Source: Acidaminobacteraceae bacterium (GTDB lineage: Bacteria; Bacillota; Clostridia; Peptostreptococcales; Acidaminobacteraceae). Taken from it: DNA of 31,915 bases. The notes below the pieces were generated by a model. It saw only the letters and a program-made list of their open reading frames with translations, ran no database searches and was not told the origin of the DNA. The stretch lies in assembly GCA_041753235.1 (NCBI GenBank), contig JBGSUZ010000242.1:1-31915 (forward strand), given 5' to 3'. Below are positions 9,948 through 18,440 of the stretch, piece after piece (within the stretch, counting starts at the first letter, position 1; every line of letters starts with the position of its first letter). The position numbers and the translations under genes are program-made.

Positions 9948-11591
9948 ATGACCAATTCAGACTCAGGCGCTAAGAAAAAAAGCGCAGGGACCAGTTTTAT
10001 CAAAGGCGCAGCTATTTTAGGACTTGCAGCGATAGTTGTCAAAATATTAGGTGCTTTCTTCAGAATTCCGCTTGGCAATTTTATTGGCAGTGAAGGGATG
10101 AGTTATTATCAAGGTGCGTACGCGTTTTACAACCAAATGCTAGCCATCTCCACAGCGGGTATACCAACCGCGATAGCAAAAATTATTTCAGAACGTTTGG
10201 CAGTCGGCAATGAAAAGGGCGCTAATCGCGTGCTTCAAGTGTCTACCTATTTAATGTTTACAGTGGGTGTATTGGCAGCGGTGCTCATGTTCTTCGCAGC
10301 CCCTATCTTGTCGGCTAAAACCGGCAATCAAGGCTCTATGTACTCCATGTTGGCCTTAGTGCCTGCACTGTTCTTCGTCTCACTGATGGCGGTCTACAGA
10401 GGCTACTTCCAAGGTCGACAAATGATGGAGCCTTATGCAATCTCACAAGTAATAGAACAGTTCTTTAGAGTTATTGGCGGTTTGACCCTTGCAGTTGTTT
10501 TACTAGGTTCAGGCCTTAAATATGCAGCAGCAGGCGCTACTTTAGGTGCATCTATCGGTTCTGGTGCAGGTTTTATTTGTATTTACATGATGTACCGCAA
10601 GTTTATTAAGAAAAACCCTGAGTTAGCAGAAAAAGGTGAAGGCGGTAAAGAGCCGTTTACTAAAATACTTGGCGAAATCCTGATGATTTCTATTCCGGTT
10701 GCTATTGGAGCTTCTGTTATGCCAATCATGAGTATTGCAGATGCGTCCATGGTTATTGTCAGACTCCAGTCTATTGGCATAGACATAGAGACTGCTCGGT
10801 CTTTATATGGTCAGCTTTCAGGGTTTGCACAGTCCATCGTCAACTTGCCTCAGGTATTGACGGCGGCGGTACAAATCAGTATAGTTCCAGCTATTGCGAG
10901 TTTGCGCATCAAGGGCGACAAAGCAGGCCTTTCACATAACGTAGAAACGGGTCTTCGCCTTGCTATGATTATTGGTCTGCCTTGTGCGGTGGGTATTGCT
11001 ATGCTGTCCCAACCAATCATTCAATTATTATACCCAATGCAGCCAGACGTCTGGGTGATGACAGGCAGGATTCTTGGCATTTACGGCTGGGGTATTATTT
11101 TCCTATCGCTTTACCAAATTACAACCGGTATGATTCAAGGTTTAGGTAAACCTGTATTACCGGCACTGTTCCTCATGGTGGGCGCAACCATTAAAATTGT
11201 CCTTACTTACGTATTGGTAGCGGTTCCGGCAATCAACGTCATGGGTGCTGCTCTATCAACCATTGCCGCGTTTGCGATTGCTGCAACTCTTAACGTAAGC
11301 TTTATTTTAACGCGTAAGCAAATTAAAATTAGCTACATTCAAGTCTTCGTGAAACCTATTATAGACGTTATCGCTATGGGCGTTGTCGTCTTAGGCAGCC
11401 ACTGGCTGTTTACAGCACTAGTGCCAGGCAGATTAGCAACCGTTATAGCAATAGCCCTTGGAGGCACTGTATATGTGTTGATGCTCTTTGCTACCAATAC
11501 AATAACAGAAGAAGATTTATCTATTATGCCGGGTGGCGCTAAGCTTAATCGTATTAAGCTCAAATTGGGCCTTGGCAAGAAAAGAGGTTAG
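9948..11591 (+). CDS. MOP-superfamily flippase / polysaccharide biosynthesis protein (YabM/SpoVB/MurJ-like)
   Basis: Many TM segments; FIKGAAILG..KILGAFFRIPL, GIPTAIAK, RGYFQG, SQVIEQFFR motifs. Sits in the yabM position before mazG. Confidence 0.85.
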   Translation: MTNSDSGAKKKSAGTSFIKGAAILGLAAIVVKILGAFFRIPLGNFIGSEGMSYYQGAYAFYNQMLAISTAGIPTAIAKIISERLAVGNEKGANRVLQVSTYLMFTVGVLAAVLMFFAAPILSAKTGNQGSMYSMLALVPALFFVSLMAVYRGYFQGRQMMEPYAISQVIEQFFRVIGGLTLAVVLLGSGLKYAAAGATLGASIGSGAGFICIYMMYRKFIKKNPELAEKGEGGKEPFTKILGEILMISIPVAIGASVMPIMSIADASMVIVRLQSIGIDIETARSLYGQLSGFAQSIVNLPQVLTAAVQISIVPAIASLRIKGDKAGLSHNVETGLRLAMIIGLPCAVGIAMLSQPIIQLLYPMQPDVWVMTGRILGIYGWGIIFLSLYQITTGMIQGLGKPVLPALFLMVGATIKIVLTYVLVAVPAINVMGAALSTIAAFAIAATLNVSFILTRKQIKISYIQVFVKPIIDVIAMGVVVLGSHWLFTALVPGRLATVIAIALGGTVYVLMLFATNTITEEDLSIMPGGAKLNRIKLKLGLGKKRG

Positions 11592-11593
11592 TT

Positions 11594-13072
11594 ATGAGAC
11601 CATCACTTACAATCATCGGCTTAGGCCCGGGTTCGCTTTCCTATTTAACAATGGAAGCTTTTGAAGCGGTTACCACGGCACCGCAAGTAATGGTGCGAAC
11701 CTTAAAACACCCAGTCATTAACGAATTAATAGAAAAAGGTGCAAAGTTTTCAAGCTTTGACCATTTATATGAGACCTCAGAAAGTTTTGACGAGGTTTAC
11801 GAAGCCATTGCGGAAGAAGTGTATCAAATGGCTTTAAAGGCGCCGGTCGTGTATGCGGTGCCGGGCAACCCATTTGTGGCAGAGAGCTCGGTGGAACTAC
11901 TCATGGCTAAAGCAGAGGCGGCGGGTGTAGAAATTCGTATTATCCACGGCACGAGCTTTATAGACGCCATGATAACGACCTTGCACAAGGACCCTGTCAA
12001 AGGCCTCCATATTGTAGACGCGCTTAATATTGAACAAACGGAGTTGACAAACCTCATCGACCAAGTCATCATCCAAATATACGACCCTATGGTAGGCTCA
12101 AACGTTAAGTTAGCCCTAATGGAGCACTTCCCAGACAATTATGAAGTCATTGTTGTAAGAGGGGCCGGTATACCGGGAGAAGAAAAAGTGCTTCACGTAC
12201 CGTTATACGATTTAGACCGATGTGAGGCATTAGACCACTTAGCTTCCGTTTATGTGCCTTGCATGGACAAAGACAAGCCTCATGTCTATGCATTTTCTGA
12301 GTTGATGAACATTATGACTCGCCTTCGAGATGTGGACGGTTGCCCTTGGGATCAGGAGCAGACCCATGAGAGTTTAAAGTCTAGTATGTTAGAAGAAGCC
12401 TATGAAGTAATCGACGCAATCGAGGAAAATGACCCCTACGCCCTCGAGGAGGAGCTTGGCGACGTTCTTTTACAAGTTGTGTTCCATAGTGCCATTGCCA
12501 GTGAAAGTGGTTATTTCAGCAGTAGAGACGTTATTACGGGTATCTGTAACAAACTGATCAATCGCCACCCTCATGTATTTGGCGATGCAGATGTGGCTGA
12601 TAGCGACGAGGTGCTTGTTAACTGGGAGCAAATCAAACGAGAAGAGAAGTCGCATGAAAGCATTACAGAGGCCATGAGAGCCCTCCCTAAAGCGATGCCG
12701 GCTACCTTAAGAGCCTATAAGGTTCAAAAGAAGGCAGCACAGGTAGGATTTGATTGGGATCATATAGATGATGCCATTGCAAAAATCAAAGAAGAACTCG
12801 ACGAATTTTTAGAAGCGCTTCACGCCAATCAGGTGGAAGAAATTGAAGCAGAGATGGGGGATTTGATATTCTCAATCGTCAATGTTTGTCGTTTTGCTAA
12901 GCTAGATCCAGAACTTTGCCTCGGTAAAACCATCACCAAATTTATCCAGCGCTTTGAGTTTATCGAGACTTCAGAAATGTCAAAAAGGGAAGGAATTTCC
13001 AATTTAACGTTAGAAGTGATGGATGAACTGTGGAATATCGCAAAAAATCAGCGTTTAGAGCAAAAAAATTAA
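11594..13072 (+). CDS. mazG: YabN-type fusion of a tetrapyrrole-methylase-like domain and MazG nucleoside triphosphate pyrophosphohydrolase
   Basis: N-terminal IIGLGPG and YAVPGNP; C-terminal GCPWDQEQTHESL, EEAYEV, EELGDVLLQV, RHPHVF and a second EMGDLIF repeat. Confidence 0.92.
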   Translation: MRPSLTIIGLGPGSLSYLTMEAFEAVTTAPQVMVRTLKHPVINELIEKGAKFSSFDHLYETSESFDEVYEAIAEEVYQMALKAPVVYAVPGNPFVAESSVELLMAKAEAAGVEIRIIHGTSFIDAMITTLHKDPVKGLHIVDALNIEQTELTNLIDQVIIQIYDPMVGSNVKLALMEHFPDNYEVIVVRGAGIPGEEKVLHVPLYDLDRCEALDHLASVYVPCMDKDKPHVYAFSELMNIMTRLRDVDGCPWDQEQTHESLKSSMLEEAYEVIDAIEENDPYALEEELGDVLLQVVFHSAIASESGYFSSRDVITGICNKLINRHPHVFGDADVADSDEVLVNWEQIKREEKSHESITEAMRALPKAMPATLRAYKVQKKAAQVGFDWDHIDDAIAKIKEELDEFLEALHANQVEEIEAEMGDLIFSIVNVCRFAKLDPELCLGKTITKFIQRFEFIETSEMSKREGISNLTLEVMDELWNIAKNQRLEQKN

Positions 13073-13081
13073 AAAAAAACC

Positions 13082-13109
13082 TTGATAAAGAAGGGATTTT
13101 CAATATAAG
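13082..13109 (+). promoter_or_regulatory. Possible sigma-A promoter for hup
   Basis: TTGATA (13082-13087), 16 nt, TATAAG (13104-13109); imperfect. Confidence 0.3.
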
Positions 13110-13161
13110 ATAGAAATAGCTTATAGCAAGCTATCATTCTGTGATTAGAGGAGGTTTTATT

Positions 13162-13440
13162 GTGAACAAAGCGGAATTAGTAACAAGCATGGCTGAGAAG
13201 TCAGGTTTAACAAAAAAAGATGCAGAACTTGCTTTAAATGCATTCATGAAAAGCGTAGAAGAAGCTTTAGCTAAGGATGACAAAGTTCAATTAGTTGGTT
13301 TCGGTACTTTCGACGTTAGAGAGAGAAAAGAGAGAAAAGGTAGAAACCCAAGAGATCCTAAGAGCATCATCGAAATCCCTGCTTCAAAGGCTCCTGTTTT
13401 CAAAGCAGGTAAAGCGCTTAAAGAGCTCGTAAACAAATAA
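13162..13440 (+). CDS. hup: DNA-binding protein HU
   Basis: MNKAELV...VQLVGFGTF..RERKERKGRNP...IPASKAPVFKAGKALKE. GGAGG at 13150-13154 precedes GTG 13162 (92 aa). Confidence 0.97.
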   Translation: MNKAELVTSMAEKSGLTKKDAELALNAFMKSVEEALAKDDKVQLVGFGTFDVRERKERKGRNPRDPKSIIEIPASKAPVFKAGKALKELVNK

Positions 13441-13445
13441 TACAT

Positions 13446-13470
13446 AAAAAGCAGCTCTGCTGCTTTTTTT
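13446..13470 (+). terminator. Intrinsic terminator after hup
   Basis: AAAAAGCAGC-TCT-GCTGCTTTTTTT. Confidence 0.75.
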
Positions 13471-13504
13471 CTTTTTGAATTACAAATATGGAGGAACTCG
13501 CGAT

Positions 13505-13747
13505 ATGAGAATTGACAAGTTTCTAAAAAACTCTAGACTGATAAAGAGAAGAACCATTGCTAAAGACGCCTGTGACCAAGGTAAAATATTGGTCAATGGC
13601 AAAGAAGCAAAACCGGGTACAGAAGTTAAAGTTGGCGATCAGGTGACACTGGACTTTGGTCCTAAGCGTCTCGTCGTTGTCGTTGAGGATTTGTCTGAAC
13701 ATGTGACAAAGGAATCAGCAAAGGCGCTATACAAAGAAGTTGAGTAA
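13505..13747 (+). CDS. rqcP: S4-domain RNA-binding protein YabO/RqcP (ribosome quality control)
   Basis: MRIDKFLKNSRLIKRRTIAKDAC..GKILVNGKEAKP...VKVGD; 80 aa from ATG 13505 after GGAGG; conserved position after hup. Confidence 0.88.
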   Translation: MRIDKFLKNSRLIKRRTIAKDACDQGKILVNGKEAKPGTEVKVGDQVTLDFGPKRLVVVVEDLSEHVTKESAKALYKEVE

Positions 13748-13793
13748 TTTTCGCTTATTGTAAAGGTAAGCGCTGTGATGTGGAGGAAGGCTC

Positions 13794-14090
13794 GTGAAAA
13801 AGAAAAAAGCTGTTGTAAAGCGCAATAAGTATCTCATCCTCTTTTTAGTAGTCTTTTTAAGTTATGTTGGGTATTCAGTCGTTCAGACAGAAATTAAAAT
13901 TCAGGAGCTACGGGCTAAAGAAACCACCTTGAAAGAGGAGCTTATGAAGCTGACAGAGGAAAAGGAATCGCTAACACAGCAGTTGGAAGAATCAAAGAGT
14001 CTGGAATCTATAGAGCGCATTGCCCGTGAGAAGCTTAAAATGGTCAAAACGAATGAAGTTATCTATATTATTCAAGACGAGAAAAAATGA
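13794..14090 (+). CDS. divIC: Septum formation initiator, DivIC/FtsB family
   Basis: Basic N-terminus, single TM, coiled coil and IERIAREKLKMVKTNEVIY tail; position before yabR. Confidence 0.85.
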   Translation: MKKKKAVVKRNKYLILFLVVFLSYVGYSVVQTEIKIQELRAKETTLKEELMKLTEEKESLTQQLEESKSLESIERIAREKLKMVKTNEVIYIIQDEKK

Positions 14091-14125
14091 ATGGAGAGCC
14101 CTCGAGATATTAAAAAATGTCGCTG

Positions 14126-14154
14126 TTGACAGGGTTCAAGGGATTCAATATAAT
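14126..14154 (+). promoter_or_regulatory. Consensus sigma-A promoter for the S1-domain gene
   Basis: TTGACA (14126-14131), 17 nt, TATAAT (14149-14154): perfect consensus. Confidence 0.9.
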
Positions 14155-14250
14155 CGTTAGTATCAGGAATTTGCATGATGCAATTTCACCTAGGTATGAG
14201 AAGTTGCATTTAAAACGTGCATTTGTCTCAAGAAATAACAGGAGGAATGA

Positions 14251-14814
14251 TTGACGACTATGTCCGCTGTAGAAATCGGGAAAATTGTTGATGGTGTGGT
14301 TACATGCATTACTAACTTTGGAGCTTTTGTTCAGCTGCCAGACGGAAAGACTGGACTATGCCACATCTCAGAAATTGCAGACAGTTATGTGAAGAGCGTT
14401 GCTGATCACTTAACTGACGCACAAGCAGTAAAAGTAAAGATCATCAGTGTAGACGAAAAGGGAAAGGTAAGCTTATCCATTCGTCAAGCGGCTGAAAAAT
14501 CAGAAGCACCCGTTGTAAAAGCGACAAACTATTCTGAAAATGGCGCATCGAAAGCACCATCCTATCCGCCGAGAGGTCAGTCTAAACCGTACAGTAAACC
14601 AAGTGGTGGTGGCGGTTTTAATAAGAGTGGCGGTGGGTCATTCAACAAATCTCCTGGAGGCTTCAATAAAACTGCAAGCCGTACAGAAAGAAGGCCAGAA
14701 ACCCTCGAAGACATGATCAGCGGTTTTATGAAAGACTCAGACGATAAGCTCAAGTCCATTAAAAAAGCAAGCAAGTCTAATCGCAAAGGCAATGGCTATA
14801 ATAAAAGCAAGTAA
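14251..14814 (+). CDS. yabR: S1-domain RNA-binding protein, YabR family, with a long Gly-rich linker
   Basis: GVVTCITNFGAFVQL..GKTGLCHISEIADSYVK..VKVKIISVDEKGKVSLSI plus the C-terminal ETLEDMISGFMKDSDDKL helix. Start is TTG 14251 (AGGAGG 5 nt upstream) or ATG 14260. Confidence 0.85.
   Translation: MTTMSAVEIGKIVDGVVTCITNFGAFVQLPDGKTGLCHISEIADSYVKSVADHLTDAQAVKVKIISVDEKGKVSLSIRQAAEKSEAPVVKATNYSENGASKAPSYPPRGQSKPYSKPSGGGGFNKSGGGSFNKSPGGFNKTASRTERRPETLEDMISGFMKDSDDKLKSIKKASKSNRKGNGYNKSK
14602..14670 (+). repeat. Three imperfect tandem peptide repeats ending in FNK inside yabR
   Basis: SGGGGFNK-SGGGSFNK-SPGGFNK; codons differ between copies, so conservation is at protein level. Confidence 0.8.
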
Positions 14815-14824
14815 ACACATAAGC

Positions 14825-14854
14825 AAATAGCCGAGGAAACTCGGCTATTTTTTT
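14825..14854 (+). terminator. Intrinsic terminator after yabR
   Basis: AAATAGCCGAG-GAAA-CTCGGCTATTT followed by TTTT. Confidence 0.92.
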
Positions 14855-14874
14855 ATAGTTTTGGAGGTGCACAC

Positions 14875-15804
14875 ATGAAATATGCAGTTATAGATATGGG
14901 CAGTAACTCCATACGGCTCATGATTGCCGAAGTTAAGGGCGGGCGTCTTGGACAGGTGGAGAAACATTTGGAAATGACACGCTTAGGTGGCGGTGTTGAC
15001 CAAACTAAAATGCTAAGTGAAACATCAATGCAGGCAACGATAGAAGCAATAAAGACTTTTAAAAACATGGCAGAAATAGCAGAAGCAGAAATGGTAGGTG
15101 CTTTTGCCACAAGCGCAGTTAGAGATGCAGCCAATGGCCCCCTATTTGCAGCGCAGGTACTTCGAGAAACAGGCATAAGCGTACAAATTATCCCCGGTGC
15201 CGAAGAAGCAGAACTGGGCTACAAGGGCGTTGTCGGCGGTATAGAGGAACGCATGCAGGGCGAACGCTTCTTGATCATAGACATCGGAGGCGGCAGTACA
15301 GAGTTGATCGTAGGCGATGTAAATCAAATCTATTACCGACACAGTTTTAACGTAGGAGCAGTTCGTATGACAGGCAAGCATATTAAATCAGACCCTGTTC
15401 ACCCAGAAGAGACAGACGCGCTTTTGACAGACGTGGCAGAAATACTGGCAGAGGGCGTAGCGGCAGTTGCGGAACTCAAGCCCAAATTTGCTATAGGTAT
15501 TGGGGGAACAGCCACCACTCTTGGGGCTATGAAACTTAAAATGACCACCTACGACCGCGAACGCATACACAATGCACCCGTTTCAATAGGCGAACTTGAG
15601 ACGATGACGACCATGTTAGCACGCCTGACGGTAGCTGAAAAGAAACAACTGGCTGGATTAATGCCAAAACGTGCGGATGTTATTTATGCAGGCGGCGTTA
15701 TTTTAGAGCACCTCATGAAGACGCTGGCTATAGAAACAATGTATGCCAGTGATTTTGATAACTTAGAAGGCATACTGGTTCAAAAAAATATATTAAAAAG
15801 CTGA
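14875..15804 (+). CDS. ppx: Ppx/GppA-family phosphatase, short form without the C-terminal HD domain
   Basis: AVIDMGSNSIRL, FATSAVRDAANG, EEAELGY, IDIGGGSTE, GIGGTATT, RADVIYAGG; 309 aa. Confidence 0.88.
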   Translation: MKYAVIDMGSNSIRLMIAEVKGGRLGQVEKHLEMTRLGGGVDQTKMLSETSMQATIEAIKTFKNMAEIAEAEMVGAFATSAVRDAANGPLFAAQVLRETGISVQIIPGAEEAELGYKGVVGGIEERMQGERFLIIDIGGGSTELIVGDVNQIYYRHSFNVGAVRMTGKHIKSDPVHPEETDALLTDVAEILAEGVAAVAELKPKFAIGIGGTATTLGAMKLKMTTYDRERIHNAPVSIGELETMTTMLARLTVAEKKQLAGLMPKRADVIYAGGVILEHLMKTLAIETMYASDFDNLEGILVQKNILKS

Positions 15805-15812
15805 AGTTATTA

Positions 15813-15841
15813 TTGACGACCACTTAAAAATCTTGTATTAT
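15813..15841 (+). promoter_or_regulatory. Sigma-A promoter for tRNA-Met
   Basis: TTGACG (15813-15818), 17 nt, TATTAT (15836-15841), 30 nt before the tRNA. Confidence 0.75.
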
Positions 15842-15871
15842 TAATTCTGTTGTCGCAAGACAGCGAATTGC

Positions 15872-15948
15872 GGCGGCGTAGCTTAGTTGGCTAGAGCGTT
15901 CGGTTCATACCCGAAAGGTCGGTGGTTCGAATCCGCCCGCCGCTACCA
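15872..15948 (+). tRNA. tRNA-Met (CAT), elongator type
   Basis: Acceptor GGCGGCG/CGCCGCT; D arm AGCTTAGTTGGCTAGAGC; anticodon arm TTCGG-TTCATAC-CCGAA (CAT at 15906-15908); T arm GGTGG-TTCGAAT-CCGCC; discriminator A and encoded CCA; 77 nt. It lacks the C1:A72 mismatch and three G-C pairs of initiator tRNA. Confidence 0.96.
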
Positions 15949-15973
15949 ATATAGGTTCTGTTTGCAGAACTAC

Positions 15974-16008
15974 GAAACCCTCTTACATTGTGAAGAGGGT
16001 TTCTTTTT
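15974..16008 (+). terminator. Intrinsic terminator after tRNA-Met
   Basis: GAAACCCTCTT / AAGAGGGTTTC 11-bp stem followed by TTTTT. Confidence 0.9.
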
Positions 16009-16037
16009 ATATATACGTTCAAAAAATATGTATGTTA

Positions 16038-16067
16038 TTGACATTAAAATGACCAAGGGTATACAAT
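16038..16067 (+). promoter_or_regulatory. Candidate sigma-A promoter for the GNAT-tldD-pmbA operon
   Basis: TTGACA (16038-16043), 18 nt, TACAAT (16062-16067); downstream of the tRNA terminator and 50 nt before the GNAT start. Confidence 0.65.
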
Positions 16068-16117
16068 GAGGACAATTATCAATAACAGATAGCGCAGCTA
16101 TCAAAGGAGGCTTAACC

Positions 16118-17050
16118 ATGTCGATTAACATTAGAAAAGCTGAGAATTCTGACCGAGAAGCCATATTGGCTATCTCTGCTCAAATATGGGGTGGCACGGA
16201 TTATATTCCAAACGTTTTAGAGAAATGGATGCAGCCAAACAAAGGTATATTATGGGTGGCGGAGACAGATGGCATTGTAGCAGGTTTTTCTAGAATGACT
16301 TTTTTGACTGGCAATCGCTGCTGGATGGAGGGGATTCGCGTAGACCCTGCTAAGAGGGGAAAGGGGATAGGCAAACACCTGACGCACTTTCAACTAGAAG
16401 AAGCCAAGCGCAGAGGCTTTTCGTGCTGTGCACTGAGCTCATATTTTGAAAATCATGAAAGTCTTCAAATTATAAAGAAACATGGTTTTGAAGAAACAGC
16501 GCGCTTTAAGTTTTATGAGTACACCATACCGAGCTTAGAGGAGCAGGATGAGACGTGGCAACAAGAACAACTAGAAGCAGACCAGCAGAGAAAAGCAATA
16601 TTGGCGGACTGCACTGTGAGCCAGTTAGGCGTCAATGACTGGGCACTCATTGAGGCGGCAGTCCTTGACGGTGAAGTTATTAAGGCAAGAAACAACTATA
16701 TAAGCTATGACTGGACATTTGAATGCGCAGAGGAATCTTTTTTAGAAGAAAGATTGGCAGCAGGCGATTTCTATTTACTGAACAAACAAAATCAGTCAAC
16801 AGTGCTGAGTCTCAGCAGTATCCATGCCAAAGGCAACTACCACACGCTCAACTTTGTGAGTAATTTAGCTTTAGAAGCAGAAGCGGTTGCATTTGCTTTA
16901 AACAACATGCATAAAACAGGGGAACCCTCTGTCAATTATATGGCTCAGAACAACGTTAATATAAAGGAATTTGAAAAACTTGGATTTTATGTGTTTAACG
17001 AAGAGGCTTTAGATACATTTGTCTTTGAAAGAAAGGGTCAGGAGGCATAA
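16118..17050 (+). CDS. GNAT-family N-acetyltransferase with a second, unassigned C-terminal domain
   Basis: Acetyl-CoA-binding motif A MEGIRVDPAKRGKGIG, motif B NHESLQIIKKHGF, N-terminal ILAISAQIWGGTDYIP; AAGGAGG RBS; 310 aa. Confidence 0.85.
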   Translation: MSINIRKAENSDREAILAISAQIWGGTDYIPNVLEKWMQPNKGILWVAETDGIVAGFSRMTFLTGNRCWMEGIRVDPAKRGKGIGKHLTHFQLEEAKRRGFSCCALSSYFENHESLQIIKKHGFEETARFKFYEYTIPSLEEQDETWQQEQLEADQQRKAILADCTVSQLGVNDWALIEAAVLDGEVIKARNNYISYDWTFECAEESFLEERLAAGDFYLLNKQNQSTVLSLSSIHAKGNYHTLNFVSNLALEAEAVAFALNNMHKTGEPSVNYMAQNNVNIKEFEKLGFYVFNEEALDTFVFERKGQEA

Positions 17051-17051
17051 T

Positions 17052-18437
17052 ATGATTTCACCAGTATTGGCACAAAAAGTGCTGGCAGCAGCGCTCTCCA
17101 AGGGCGGTGATTTTTCGGAAATATTCATTGAAGAAAAATATAAGAGCAGTTTTGAAATGATTGGCGGGCGACTTGAACAAGCCGTCAGCGGCAGAGACTA
17201 TGGTCTGGGCCTTAGAATTCTCAGTGGACGCAACACCATTTATGTCCATACCAATCGATTAGATGAGGACAGCCTTATCGCATTTGCAAAGCAGGCTTCG
17301 GAAGTTGCGGGCGGTGTAGGCAGAAATTTGGCAACCACTTTACAGGCTAAGCCCGTATCTACCCACCACTTTGAAATCTATCCAGAAACGGTTGATAAGC
17401 GCCAAAAGGTAGAATGGATGCGGCGGATTCATCAAGCGGCGTCAACGCATGATCCGCTTATTACACAGGTCATCGCACGCTATTTAGATGAAGATCAACG
17501 GGTTTTAATTGCTAATTCGGAAGGTTTGTGGGTTGAAGACAGACGACTCAGAACGAGATTAGTTGCTAGTTGTGTGGCGACTTACAAGGGACAGATGCAG
17601 ACTGGATTGAATGATATGGCAGGACTCAGTGGCTTAGAGCTTTATGATGGCGCAGATATTGAACAGCTTGGTATCAACGCAGCAGAAATGGCAAAACGCA
17701 TGGCAATGGCAGAGGACTGTATCAGTGGCAGCTTCCCAGTGATTATTGACAATGGGTTCGGCGGTGTTATATTCCACGAAGCCTGCGGTCATGGTCTTGA
17801 GGCGGAGCATGTCTCAAGAGGTAGTTCTGTTTTTGCAGGGAAATTGGGTGAGAGGATTGCCAATCCGCTCGTAAACGCAATAGATGATGGCACCATTCCT
17901 AATGGATGGGGTTCTGGCGGCGTAGACGATGAAGGTCACCCAACTCAGCGCAATGTGCTTATTGAAAATGGCGTACTTAAGTCCTACTTGGTAGACCGAC
18001 ACAACGGCGCACAAATGGGTCTTAGTGCGAATGGGGCTTCCCGTAGACAGTCCTACCAGTATGCACCAACCTCTCGGATGTCTAATACCTTCATAGCGCC
18101 GGGTAGTTCTAAATTAGATGATTTAATTGGCTCTGTGGACTTTGGCCTATATGCGAAGACGTTAGGCGGCGGCTCTGTTAATACAGCGACAGGGGAATTT
18201 AATTTTGCGGCGCGAGAAGCTTACTCGATTCGCGGCGGAAAAATTGCCGAGCCTGTAAAAGGGGCGACCCTCATCGGCACAGGATTAGAGGTGCTTCAAA
18301 AAATTGATATGGTTGCAGACAACTTGGCGTATGGGATTGGTATGTGTGGTGCTAGTAGTGGCTCTATTCCAACCATTGTGGGTCAAGCTGCTGTTAGGGT
18401 TAGTGAAATGACAGTCGGCGGAAAGAGGGAGGCGTAG
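17052..18437 (+). CDS. tldD: TldD-family metalloprotease (catalytic subunit)
   Basis: GFGGVIFHEACGHGLE (HExxGH), DDEG.PTQRNVLIENG.L, RMSNTFI, C-terminal metal-ligand Cys in GMCG. AGGAGG inside the GNAT 3' end favours ATG 17052 over the ORF-track start 17019. Confidence 0.93.
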   Translation: MISPVLAQKVLAAALSKGGDFSEIFIEEKYKSSFEMIGGRLEQAVSGRDYGLGLRILSGRNTIYVHTNRLDEDSLIAFAKQASEVAGGVGRNLATTLQAKPVSTHHFEIYPETVDKRQKVEWMRRIHQAASTHDPLITQVIARYLDEDQRVLIANSEGLWVEDRRLRTRLVASCVATYKGQMQTGLNDMAGLSGLELYDGADIEQLGINAAEMAKRMAMAEDCISGSFPVIIDNGFGGVIFHEACGHGLEAEHVSRGSSVFAGKLGERIANPLVNAIDDGTIPNGWGSGGVDDEGHPTQRNVLIENGVLKSYLVDRHNGAQMGLSANGASRRQSYQYAPTSRMSNTFIAPGSSKLDDLIGSVDFGLYAKTLGGGSVNTATGEFNFAAREAYSIRGGKIAEPVKGATLIGTGLEVLQKIDMVADNLAYGIGMCGASSGSIPTIVGQAAVRVSEMTVGGKREA

Positions 18438-18440
18438 CAG

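Noticed and set aside
13752-13772. Small hairpin CGCTTA/TAAGCG between rqcP and divIC as a terminator or scar of yabP-yabQ loss
   Set aside because: Only 6-7 bp, no T tail and no recognisable coding remnant.
14247-14291. Out-of-frame 14-codon ORF (MIDDYVRCRNRENC) overlapping the yabR start
   Set aside because: Its ATG is only 1 nt from the SD, too close for efficient initiation.
15872-15948. tRNA(CAT) as tRNA-Ile2 (TilS substrate, tilS is nearby) or as initiator
   Set aside because: The GGCGG acceptor start, G1.U72 pair and TTCATAC loop match the Firmicute elongator tRNA-Met pattern; initiator hallmarks are absent.
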